23,405 bases of DNA from an uncultured bacterium (GTDB taxonomy: Bacteria; SAR324; NAC60-12). The notes beneath the pieces are model-generated. The model was not told the origin of the DNA and did not search any database. It saw only the letters and a program-made list of their open reading frames with translations. The stretch covers positions 1 to 23,405 of the forward strand of contig CBFIGY010000040.1 of assembly GCA_965662235.1 (NCBI GenBank), read 5' to 3'. A program made the translations under genes and the position numbers. Position 1 is the stretch's first letter; each line of letters begins with the position of its first letter. Below are positions 9,901 through 21,900 of the stretch, piece by piece.

Positions 9901-12900
9901 GAGTAGCGGGCGTCACTGGAGGTCGCAGCCGCTAGGTTAACCCAGAAGCCCTGAGTGCCATCGCTTTCATTATCATCCACGCCACGGACCCGGATCTCGT
10001 GCAGGCTGTTCCAGTCTGCTGGCGAGAAGGTGACGGTGTAGCTCTGAGTGGTCGTGTTGTCGGGCTGCAGCAGAATTCCTTCTGTTGAGTCAGACACCGT
10101 CGCCACCACCGAAACATTGTCGGTGGGCGCCTTCGTCAGACGCAGGGCAAAGGTGGCAATGCCACCGTCTTCCGACACACTTCCGGAAGGAGCCGTGGCA
10201 ATGAAGCCCACGCTGTCGTCATCCTGGTTGGTGCCCAGAACGTCGGCCGGGTTGAGGGCCTGATAGGCCGTGTCTCGACCAACTGTTGTGGAGTTGTCCA
10301 CACTCAGAGAAATCTTGAACGGCTGCGCACCGTCCGTCACGTTGTCATCGACTCCGGTGACCGTGAAGGTCGCCTCGCTGCTCCAGTTGGCGGTGGTAAA
10401 GGTGAAGCTGGCCGGCAAGACGCTGGCTTCTGAAGCATTGTCGCTGACGGCGTTGACGACCACGTCTCCGGTCGGAGAGCTGGTCAGCCGCACCGTGAAG
10501 TAGGCACTGGTGCCCGACTCTGACACGACGCCACTGAGGGCACTCACCAGGAAGCCTGAGGTCTCGTCGTCCACGTTGCTCGTGAAGAGCGTCACCGCTT
10601 CCACCGTGTCATAGTCGTCATCGGCGGTGTTGGCCGCATCCGGAGCCACCTGAACGGTGTATGCCTGATGCCCATCGGTCTGTTGATCATCAAGCCCGTA
10701 GAGCGTCACCGTTTGGGCACTGTTCCAGTTCCCGGTGGAGAAGGTAAGGGTGGTGTCGTTGTCGGTGCTGCCCGCAGTGAACGTTGCCTCGGAGTCATCC
10801 GAGAGGGTCACCTGCAGCTGCACGGAGTTGCTCGGCTGACTCTGTAGCCGAACTTGGAACAGAGCGGAGCCTCCGGTTTCCGTCGTCGGGCCACTGATTT
10901 CTGAAACAATCAGGCCTGGCGTCTCATCATCCTGGTTGAGGACCAAGACGTCCGGCGGGTTGTTGTTCCGGTAGTTGGTATCCGCTGTTCCGGTATCGGC
11001 GCCTAGGATGATGCTGTAAACGGCGTCGCCATCGTTGACGCTGTCATCCACGCCGGTCACGGTCACGGTCTGCTCAGCCGCCCAGTTGCTGCTGCTGAAG
11101 GTCAGGTTGTCTACCGAGGTCGTGCCTTCGCTGAGGTTGTCCGACGCCACAGTCAGGGTGACATCGGCCACCGGTCGAGCCGTCAGCCGTACCGTGAAGT
11201 ACGCCCGTCCTCCCGACTCCGTGGTCGGGCCACTGATGTCTGAGACGCGGTAGCCCGCTGCTTCGTTGTCAAGGTTCTTCAGAACCGCATAGGTGTACAC
11301 GCCCTGGTAGTCCAGATCAGCAGAGCTGTTGCTGCCGGTAAAGGTGACGGTGTAAGCGGTTGGTCCATCGGTGAGGTTGTCATCCACGCCCTCAATGGTG
11401 ACCGTCTGGAGGCCATTCCAGTTGGTGTCATCAAAGGTCAGGTTGTCGCCCGCAAGCACCCGTCCCTCAGACGTGTTGTCCGAAGAGGCCAGCACGTAGA
11501 CGGCGCCCGACGGTTTCGACTTCAGACGAACCGTGAAGAGGGCCTGCTCGCCTGCCTCACTTGTGGTTCCGGACACCGGTGCCACCACGATTTCCGCGTC
11601 AATGTCCTCCACGTTGGTGAAGCCTAGGTCCGTGGCATCACGTCCGGAGTAGTGCGGATCGCTCGAGGTCGCGGCGCGCAGCTCCACCAAGAACGGTTGG
11701 TCACCGTCGGAGAGGTGATCGTTCACGCCCTTGACGTACACGAGGTCCTCGGTGCTCCAGGTCGTGTTGTCAAACGTCAGGGTCACATTGTCGGTCCAGG
11801 TGCTGTTGTCCAGTGAAACCTGGGCCTCAGTGGCATCGCTCACAAAGATCGGAATCTGCACCGCTGCCGTCGGTTCGCTGTTGAGGCGGACCGTGAAGAG
11901 GGCTCGGGTGCCGGATTCCTTGACAATGCCAGGTGTGGATCCCACCAGAATGGAGGTCTGCACCCCGGCTGAGTCATCGTCCCGGTTGGTGAAGAAGACC
12001 TCACGCGGCACCTTGCCCGCGTAGTTGGAGCCGGCGTTGGTCGAGGCACTGAACTCAACCGCAAAGACCTGATCGCCATCGCTGATGCGGTCGTCCACGC
12101 CCTTGACGGTCACCGTCTGGGCCGTGGTCCAGGTGCTGTTGTCCCACGTCAGGGTCTGGGACGCAACGGTGGCACCGGACACGACCACCACGCCTTCCGT
12201 GGTGTCTGAGCTGGAGGCTGCTAGGGTAATGACATCGCTCGTCTCCGGGGCCACGGTCGGACGGATCGTCACCACCGCAATTCCGCCATTTTCAGACGTG
12301 GTACCCGTTTGAGAGACAATCTCAAAGCCGTAGTTTTCGTTGTCTTCGTTGATCACAAAGACGTCCGGAGGATCAAGCAGCTGGTACGCCGGATCGGCAC
12401 TGTAGACCGGTTCCAGTGCAATGCGCACCTGCTGGTCGCCGTCGGTGATGTTGTCGTTGAGCCCTTCAAGCGTCAGGGTCCGGGCCGTGCTCCAGTTGGC
12501 GCTCGTGAAGGTAAGGAGCTCCGGAGTGACATTCACTTCCGTCGGGTCGGTGCTGGTCAGCGTGAGGATGACGTCAGCCGACGGCTCACTCGTCAGCGCG
12601 ACCGTGAAGGACGCCGTAGGAGTGCCATCTTCATCCGTGTTGCCACTGACCGCAGAGACCACAAATCCGGCTGTCTCATTGTCCAGCGTCTGGAAGCGGA
12701 GCGGCGCCGGCGCCAGGTTTCGGTAGCGAAGATCGCTTGTGCTGGCATCTCCACTGAAGGTCACCGAGAAGGCCTGGGTTCCATCTGCCAAGTCGTCATC
12801 CACCGATAGCACGCTCACGGTCTGTGCCGTGCTCCAGTTTCCAGAACCAAAGCTGAGGCTGGAGGTGGAAAGCGTGCCCTCTGTGCTGTCTAGGCTGGAA

Positions 12901-15900
12901 AGCGACAGGGTCACCGGATGCGTTGGAGCCGTCCGGAGGGCCACGGAGAACGAAGCATTGTCTCCGGACTCCGTCAGGACTTCGTCCAAGAGCGCCACCA
13001 CAAATCCGGCGCTGTCGTCATCGACATTGACACCGGTGACATCAGCAGGGTCCGCATTTCGGTAGCGTGCGTCCGCCGTGTCGTTGTCGGCCCCCAAGAA
13101 GATGGCAAAGGTCTGGTCCCCATCGCTGAGGTTGTCATCGACACCGGTGACGATCACCGTTTGCAGACCGTTCCAGTTGCTGGCGGTGAAGGGCAGCGCC
13201 GTTTTGTTCACGGTCGCTTCTGCCACGTTTCCAGAGGCAACGGTCAGGGTGACGTTGTCAGTCGGTTCGCTGCGCAGCCGCACGGTGAACGAAGCGGTGG
13301 TGCCGTTCTCTGAAACGCTGTTGCTGAGCGCGCTGACGAAGTAGCCGCCTTGATCGTCATCTAGGTTCCGGAGGGCGACATCGTTCGGATCTAGGTAACG
13401 GTAGAGGCCGTCGCTGGTTCCGTTGTCCACCGTCACTTGGATGCTGTAGCCGACGTCCCCATCGCTGAGGTTGTCGTCCACGCCGGTCACCGTGAAGGTC
13501 TTCAGGCCATTCCAGTTGCTGGCGGTAAAGGTGTAATTGTCCGAAAGCAGCCCCTCTGTCGGGTCCGAAGACGCCACCACCACTGTCACATCGTCGGTGG
13601 GCTCACTGCTCAAGCGAACGGTGAAGGTCGCGGTTCCTGAAGCCTCTGTGGTGTCTCCGGAGGCTAGGGAAACGGCGACTCCAGCCGTGTCATCATCCAG
13701 GTTCCGCAACGGAACCGTCTGAGTGATCAGAGCCTGATAAGCCGCATCTCCGGCGGTGGCCGCTATTCCGATGGTGTAGTTCTGATGATCATCGTCCACC
13801 CAGTCATCCTGTCCCACTACCGTCACCGACTGCGCCGTGCTCCAGTTCCCGGAGCCAAAGCTGAGGGTTTGGGTTGTGCTGGCCCCGGCGAATCGTCCCT
13901 CTGTAGGCGCATTGCTGGTCAGCGTCAAGGTAGTGGTGGCCGTTGGCGCACTTGTCAGGCGGACCGTGAAGGTAGCGTTGTCGCCTGCTTCAGATGAGTC
14001 CGGATCAACCAACGTGTAAACGATGCCTGCAGACTCATCATCCAGGTTCTGCAGGGTGACATCGGACGGATCAACGTTGTGGTACCGCCAGTCGGACGAA
14101 CTCAACGCCTCCAGTGCCACCACAACGGACTGAGAACCATCGCTGAGGTTGTCATCGACCCCTTGGATCCAGACTGTGTGATCGGCCTGCCAATCTGCGG
14201 CGCTGAAGGTCAGGGTGATGTTGTCGGCAAAGGTGGTGTTGTCGGCAGAAACCTGAACCTCAGAGGCATCACTGATGCGGACTCCCATGGAGACCAACGC
14301 GCTGGGAGGTCGGCTCAGCTTCACCGTAAACAGGGACTGCGTGCCGTCTTCGGCAGTGGGCCCACTGAGGGTGGAGATGAGAATGGCCTCCGGACCGTAG
14401 GTTTCGTTGTCAAGAACCGTCAGTTGGACGTCTTCCGGGTTGATCCCGTTGTAATCCGGATCGTTTGCGCTGATGACCGTGCCGAGAATGGTCCGGACCG
14501 GTTGGTCACCGTCTGTCAGGTTGTCGTCAACCCCCACCAGCGTGACGGTCTGGGCCGTGGAGTAGTTGCCCGCTCCAAAGCTCAGGTTGAGGGAGCTCAC
14601 TCGACTCGATCCATTCCAGAGCATCGCTTCTCCGGGATCCGACACGTACACCGGCACTGTGACGGTGTCACGCGGTTCCGTGCTCAGCACGACCGTAAAG
14701 GTCGCATTGTCGCTTCCGGATTCGCTGATCGAGAGCGTGGACGGTGTGCCAACCTGAACGCCAGGGACGTCGTTGTCTCGGTTGATGAGGCGAACATCCG
14801 GTGGATTCAGGTTCGTGTAGGCCGATTCGGTTGAGGACTGCACGGACACCACAATCGCATAGGCTTGGTCGCCATCCTTCTGAGTGTCTTCCTGCCCAAT
14901 GACCGTGATCGTTTGGGCGGTGCTCCAGTTGTCGCTGGTAAAGGTGACCGTCGCTGTGGCGGTGCTGTTGTCGATCTGTCCTTCACTGGTGTCGTTGCTG
15001 GCCAGCGCCAGGACCACCTGATTTCCCGGTGCCGGAGAGCTCGTCAGCCGGACGGTGAAGGTCGCGTTGTCGCCCCACTCGCTAGTGTCCCCGCTCACCT
15101 CCGAAATCAGGAAGCCCGCGGTTTCATCATCCTCGGTTGCCACCGAGACATCATCCGGATTCAGGCCGCTGTACCGAAGATCAGTGGACACGGCAGCACT
15201 CAGGTCGATCAGGTACGACTGCGTGCCATCCGTCAGGTTGTCATCAACCCCACGGACCCGGACCAGGTGCGAGGTGTTCCAGTCGGTCGGACTGAAGGTC
15301 AGGGTCAGGTTGTCAGTAGTGGTGTTGTCGCTCCGGACCAGAATGGCCTCATCGGTTGCACTCAACGAAGCATAAACCGTCACATTCGCAACCGGCGCCT
15401 GCACCAGACGGACCCAGAACAGAGCTTCCCCGCCATCTTCCGTGGCCGCACCACTGACTGGACCAATGACAAATCCGGGACCATCGTCGTCACGGTTCTT
15501 GAGCGTGACCTTGGTTTCAATGGCATCCGTGTAGTTGGTATCCAGTGACGTGTTGTCAGCAGTGAAGGTCACCGTGTAGGGCTGATCGCCATCCGTCAGG
15601 TTGTCGTTGACACCCCCGATGGTCACCGTCTGCAGGCCGTTCCAGTTGGTTGGAGTAAAGGTCAGGGTGTTGCTGGAAAGCAGCTGTCCTTCACTGGTGT
15701 TGTCCACCGTCACGTTCAGCTTCACTGTGTTGAGCGGACGGGATCCCAGACGCGCCAAGAAGATCGCCTGCTCGCCATCTTCACTCGTGACTCCGGATTC
15801 GGGAGTGACCACGATGGACGCCGAGACATCTTCACGGTTGCTCATGGCCACATCCTGCGGATCCAGCCCGGAGTACCAGGTGTCTCCAGAAACCACGGTT

Positions 15901-18900
15901 CCCAGTTCCACCACAAACGACTGATCGCCATCAGCGATGCCATCGTTCTGTCCCTGGACGTAAATGGTCTGGTCCTGATTCCACTGAGCTGCAGCAAACG
16001 TCAGGTTGTCCGAAACCTGCCAAGTAGCGTTGTCCAGAGAAATCAGAGCTTCCGACGGATCGCTGGACGAAACGGGGAGGGTCACGGATTGTGTCGGCTC
16101 ACTCATCAGCTTCACCGTGAAGCGTCCGATGCTTCCGGACTCCCCAACGTCACCGCTGACGGTTCCGACGGAGACACCGATGGTGTCATCGTCCTGCGTC
16201 ATCAGCGCCACCGCGTTCGGGGCCTTGCCGTAGTAGTTAGACGTGTTCGGAGTGACCGTATTCGCAAACTCAACGTGGAAGGTCTGAGATCCATCAGAGA
16301 GGTTGTCGTTGACTCCCTGGACCCGAACCGTCTGGGTGACGTTCCAGTTGCTGGAGCTGAACACCAGATTGCGGCTGACCGCGGTGCTGTTGTCTGGGTT
16401 GAGCAACAGGCCCTCACTGGCGTCATCCACACTCAAGGTCAGGGTCACATTGTCCGCAGACGGCAACGGAGGCAACCGCAGGCTGAGGGTGAACTCGGCA
16501 ATGCCCCCGTTTTCGCTGAGGGGACCACTGACGGCGCTGACCACAAAGCCGTAACTTTCGTCGTCAACGTTCACAACGGCCACGTCCGGAGGATCCAGCA
16601 GGTTGTACTCTGCGTCCGTGCTGCTCACCGGCTCCAGTTGCACAAAGAAGGACTGGTCGCCGTCGTTCAACTCATCGTTCACGCCCAGCACCGTCACGGT
16701 CTGAGCCGTGCTCCAGTTTCCGGAGCCGAAGGTCAGGCTCGCTTGACTGAGCACCCCTTCTGTTGCATCAGAAGACGCCAGCGGCAGCAGAACATCAGCG
16801 CTTGGCTCGCTGGTCAGCTTCACGGTGAAGGTCGCATTGTCGAAGTTCTCCCCGACATCGCCACTGATTGCTGAGACCACAAATCCGGCCGTGTCATTGT
16901 CCAGGTTCCGGAAGGTCAGGCTCGCCGGGGCCCGATTCAGGTAACGGGCGTCTGTGGTGTTGGCATCTCCGGTGAAGCGGATGGTGTACTCCTGTGCCCG
17001 GTCTGGGATTGGGTCGTTTTGTCCCACTACGGTCACGGTCTGGGCTGTGCTCCAGTTCCCCGGACCAAAGCTCAGGGCCGTTGGGCTGGGCTGTCCCTCC
17101 GTGCTGTCGAGGCTCGCCAGAGTGAGGTCCACTGTGTCCGTCGGTTCACTGAGCAGAGCCACCGTGAAGGAGGCATTGTCGCCGGACTCAGAAGTCGTGT
17201 CGTCCAGCACATTGACCACGAAGCCTGCGCCATCGTCATCTAGGTTCAGGCCTTCCACATCTGCAGGATCCAGGTTCACGTAGTGCGGATCCGTGGTGTT
17301 CAGGTCCGCATCCAGGTAGATGGCGAAGCGCTGATCCCCGTCACTGAGGTTGTCGTTGAGTCCCCGGAGGGTGATGGTCCGTGCTGCATTCCAGTCACTG
17401 CTGGTAAAGACCAGGGCGCTGGCGGTGTCGTTTCCGGAACCTCCTGACGGAGCCGAGGCCACTTCCACTTCCGTGGCATCAGAGACCCGAAGGGGCACCG
17501 TGACGTTGTCGGTTGTGGTGGAGTTGTCCCCATCATCGGGCTGGCTACGCAACCGGACCGTGAAGGTGGCGGTTTGTCCAGATTCGGTGGTTGCGCCACT
17601 CAGGGCAGACACCACAAAGCCGGCTGTGTCGTCATCAATGTTGATCAGCTCCACATCTGACGGATCCCGCCCGACGTACCGGCTGGCAGTTGTTGCTGAA
17701 TTCGGGTCCAACAGAACCAGGAAGGACTGGTCCCCGTCAGAAATGTTGTCATCCACGCCCACGATGCGGATGGACTGGAAAGCGCTCCAGTTGTTGGCAT
17801 CAAAGGTGACATTGTCGGTACCGCCTCCGGAGATGCTGGCAATGACGCCCTCCGTTGGGTCCTTGCTTGAGACGTCAATCACCACCGTTCCCTCCGGCTC
17901 ACTGTTGAGCTTGAGCTTGATGATGGAGAAGTCGCCCCACTCCGACGTGTAACTGTTGATCGTCATGGTGAAGCCGGCGGTCTCATCATCGACGTTCTGC
18001 ATCACCACATCTGGCGGATTCAAGCCCCGGTACTTCAGGGAGTTGGTGCTGTTATCCGGACTCAGGACCACGCGGTAGCTCTGATCCCCATCGGACCGGT
18101 TGTCGTCCACCCCGGTGACCGTCACCACCTGCTCCGCGTTCCAGTCGCTTGCCGAGAAGGTCAAGGAAGCGGGGAACACGGTTCCCTCGGACGTGTTATC
18201 GCTGGCCAGGTCAATGCCGACGCTGCCATTATCCGGTGCTGAGGTCAGGCGCACCGTAAACGTGGCGGTTCCACCAATCTCACTGGTCGGCCCGCTGGGC
18301 GCCGATACAATAAAGCCGGCGGTTTCGTCATCCAGATTTAGAATTGCCACATCTTCCGGATCCAAGCCCAGATAGGTGGCATCGCCCGTCATGCTTCCCA
18401 ACGTGACGGTCCAGAGCTGGTCACCATCAGTCAGGTTGTCATCAACCCCTTGGACGACAACAGTCTGAGGCGCGCTCCAGTTGATCGCAGTGAAATCAAG
18501 ACTCGTTGCTCCAAGTGCTCCTCCAGCACTGACCAAGGAGCCTTCGTCGCTTCCTGAGACGGAGAGCGGAATCGACACGTTGCCCGCAGGAGGAGCGTTG
18601 AGGCGTACGGTGAACCAAGCTTGCCCACCTCCTTCATTGGTGGCACCTGAAATTTGAGAAACCTGGACTCCAGCAGTTTCATCATCCAGATTGACCCCTG
18701 TTACAGTTTGTTGCGCCAAACCATCGTACGTGCTCTGAGCCGATACGCTGGCTCCCACTTGGACCGTAAAGCTTTGGTTACCGTCTGTGAGGTTGTCGTC
18801 AACCCCGGTCAACACCACGGTCTGCCAGGCGTTCCAATCCGTACTGGTAAACGTCAGATTGTCCGGAGCTACAGTCAATTCATCCGCAGTCCCACTGCTG

Positions 18901-21900
18901 TTGTCCACACGAATGGGGAGCGATACGGGTTGCGATGGTTGATTGGCAAGACGGACGTAGAACTGAGACGAAGTACCTGACTCACTTATCAACACGCTAG
19001 AGGGCGATACTAGGAAGCCGGCGCTTTCGTCATCATTCGTTTGGACAGAAACCGCGGAGGGAACCTTTCCGTCGTAAAACGAGTCATTCGACACCGCGCT
19101 ACCAAAAACCACCTGGTAACTTTGAGTGCTGTCCTGCAGAACGTCGTCTACTCCTGTCAAAGTCACAGTCTGAGCACTCGCATAGTTCGCGCTCGAGAAA
19201 GTGAGGTAACTTGGGGAGACGGTTCCCTCTCCAGGGTCCGAAGAAGAAACGCTAAAGCTTACATTATCACTCGGCGCAGTGCGCAGACTTACTGTCAATG
19301 TTGCCGTTGTCCCAGTTTCTGAAACCGCACCACTGATTGCCGACACCACAAAGCCTGGCAAGTCATTGTCTCGGTTGACAAAGTAAGCCGTTTGCGCGCT
19401 TGCACCATCAAAGTCAGCATCATCCGAAACTGCTGCTCCCACTGTCACGTGGAACGTTGCGTCGCCATCACTGAGGTTGTCATTGAGTCCTGCCACCGAC
19501 ACAACCTGCCAAGCATTCCAGTTAGCCACCGTAAAGGTCAGATTGTCTGGAGAAATCCGGGCTTCTGAGGAATCGCTCAAGGTCACGGGTACCCGAACCA
19601 CCCCATTGGGAGGGCGACTCAATCGGACAAGCAGTTGCTCGCTGTGACCCGACTCTGAAACTTCCAAACGACTTCCAGGCGTGTTCGCAGTCACCGGAGA
19701 CACTTCAATTCCAGCAGACTCGTCGTCGCGATTGTAAAGGGTTACAGTACCTGGATTTAAGTCGCGGTATGCAAGGTCAGCCGTATCATTGTCTCCCGTT
19801 AGCAGGACTCGGAACTGCTGATGTCCGTCGCTTATGTTGTCATCCACCCCTGTCACTGTGAACACTTTCAATGAGTTCCAGTTACTAGAGGTGAATTGAT
19901 GGCTCGTTGGTGTGACTGTTCCTTCTCCCGAGTCACTGGAAACCAGGGTGATATCGACGGCACCACGTGGTTGACTGCGTAACCTTACCGTAAAGGTTGC
20001 TGTCCCTGCAGTTTCGGACACGTCTCCACTTGCAGCGGAGACAATAAAGCCAGATGTATTCTGATCGAGGTTTTGCAGAGTTACATCAGGTGGATCCAGG
20101 TTTTGGTAACCAACATCAGCTGTCGTGGAGTCTCCTGATAAGCGAACGGCATACTCCTGATCACCATCAGATAGGTTATCGGGCTGGCCCGTAACCGTTA
20201 CTTCATAAGGTGAGTTCCAGTTCGACGCATTAAACGTAAAATTGTCACTTGAGAGGATTCCCTCTCCTGGATCCGTTGAGACAAACGACACCACGACGTT
20301 TGCACTGGGCTCGCTCTTCAACGAAACCGTAAAGAGTGCCGTCTGTCCGTACTCATCGGTATTCCGCGAGGCCGCACTTACCCAGAACCCCGGAGAATCA
20401 TCATCAATGTTGACAACAGGGACATCAGGTGGGTTGTATCCGCTGTACTTGGGATCGCTGGTCACAACCGTTCCCAGAACCACAGCGAAGGTCTGGTCGC
20501 CATCAGACAGGTTGTCATTGACACCGGTGACAGTGACCGTCTTGAAGCTGTTCCAATTCGAGGTGGTGAAGGTCAGGTTGTCTGGGCTGACGGAGCCTTC
20601 GCCCGCGTCATCCACGCTGAGACCCATGCTCACCGATTGGGTGGGCTGGCTTCCCAACCGGACAGTAAAGGTGGCCTGCCCGCCTCTTTCTGAAACATCT
20701 CCTTTGAGAGCTGACAGGAGCACGCCTGTGGTCTCATCATCTAGGTTGACAACAAAGACATCCTGTGGATCACGTCCGTTGTAGAAATTGTCCGTGGAGA
20801 CCGCAGGATCAAGCTCGATGACAAACGTTTGGTTGCCATCGGTTTCATTGTCATCCAAACCAGTGACCACCACATTCTGGTAGGCATTCCAGTTTGTTGG
20901 GGAGAAGACTAGCTGCGTTTTGTCAGTCGATCCCTCCGTCGCATCGCTTACCGTGAGGCCAATAGTGACATTGTCCGTTGGCGGACTCGTCAGGCGCATG
21001 GCGAAGATTGCTTGTCCACCCGCCTCGGTCACGTCTCCGCTAATGTCACTGATCAGGTATCCGGGGGTTTCATCGTCAACATTGGTGACGAACACATCGG
21101 GCGGATCCAATACGCTGTAGGCTTCATCCTGAGTGGAAGCGGTCTCGATCTGCACAATGAAGATCTGGTTGCCGTCCGTCAGGTTGTCGTTAACGCCAGT
21201 GACCCGGACATTCTGGAAGGCATTCCAGTTGTTGGCGTCAAAGCTCAAGGACAGGAGATTGCTGACGGCTCCCTCAATGACTCCTTCACCCGTGTCGCTG
21301 CTGGAGAGGCTCAAGGTCACATTGTCCGACGGCTCACTGGTGAGGCGAATTGCAAACATCGCCTGTGCCCCATCTTCACGGGTGTCTCCACTGATGTCGG
21401 TGATGATGTAGCCGGAGGATTCATCATCCAGGTTAGTCACAAAGAGGTCTTCCGGATCCAGCCCCTGGTAATCAGGATCAGTAGTGCTATTGTCCGCACC
21501 AATCTGAACCACGTACCCCTGGTTTCCATCAGTGATGTTATCGTTGACGCCTTTGATGACGACCAGTTGGTCGGCGTTCCAGTTGGAAGGAGAAAAGCTC
21601 AGCGCGGAGGAAACAGGGCTGGTGATGATTCCCTCTCCGGAATCACTGGTCGACAGGCTCAGCGAAACTGGGGCACTCGGCTGGCTGGAAAGGCGGACGG
21701 CAAAAGTAGCGGTGCCTCCTCGCTCCGTGGTTGGACCACTGATTGAGCTCACCCGGAACCCAGCACGCTCGTCATCAAGGTTGATGACGCCGACACTCCG
21801 GTTGATCGTAAAACCGTTGTAATCCGCGTCCGAAGCCGAGGTTACCGAGTTGAATTCAATCCGGTACGCTTGGTTGCTGTCAGACAGGTTGTCATCCACG

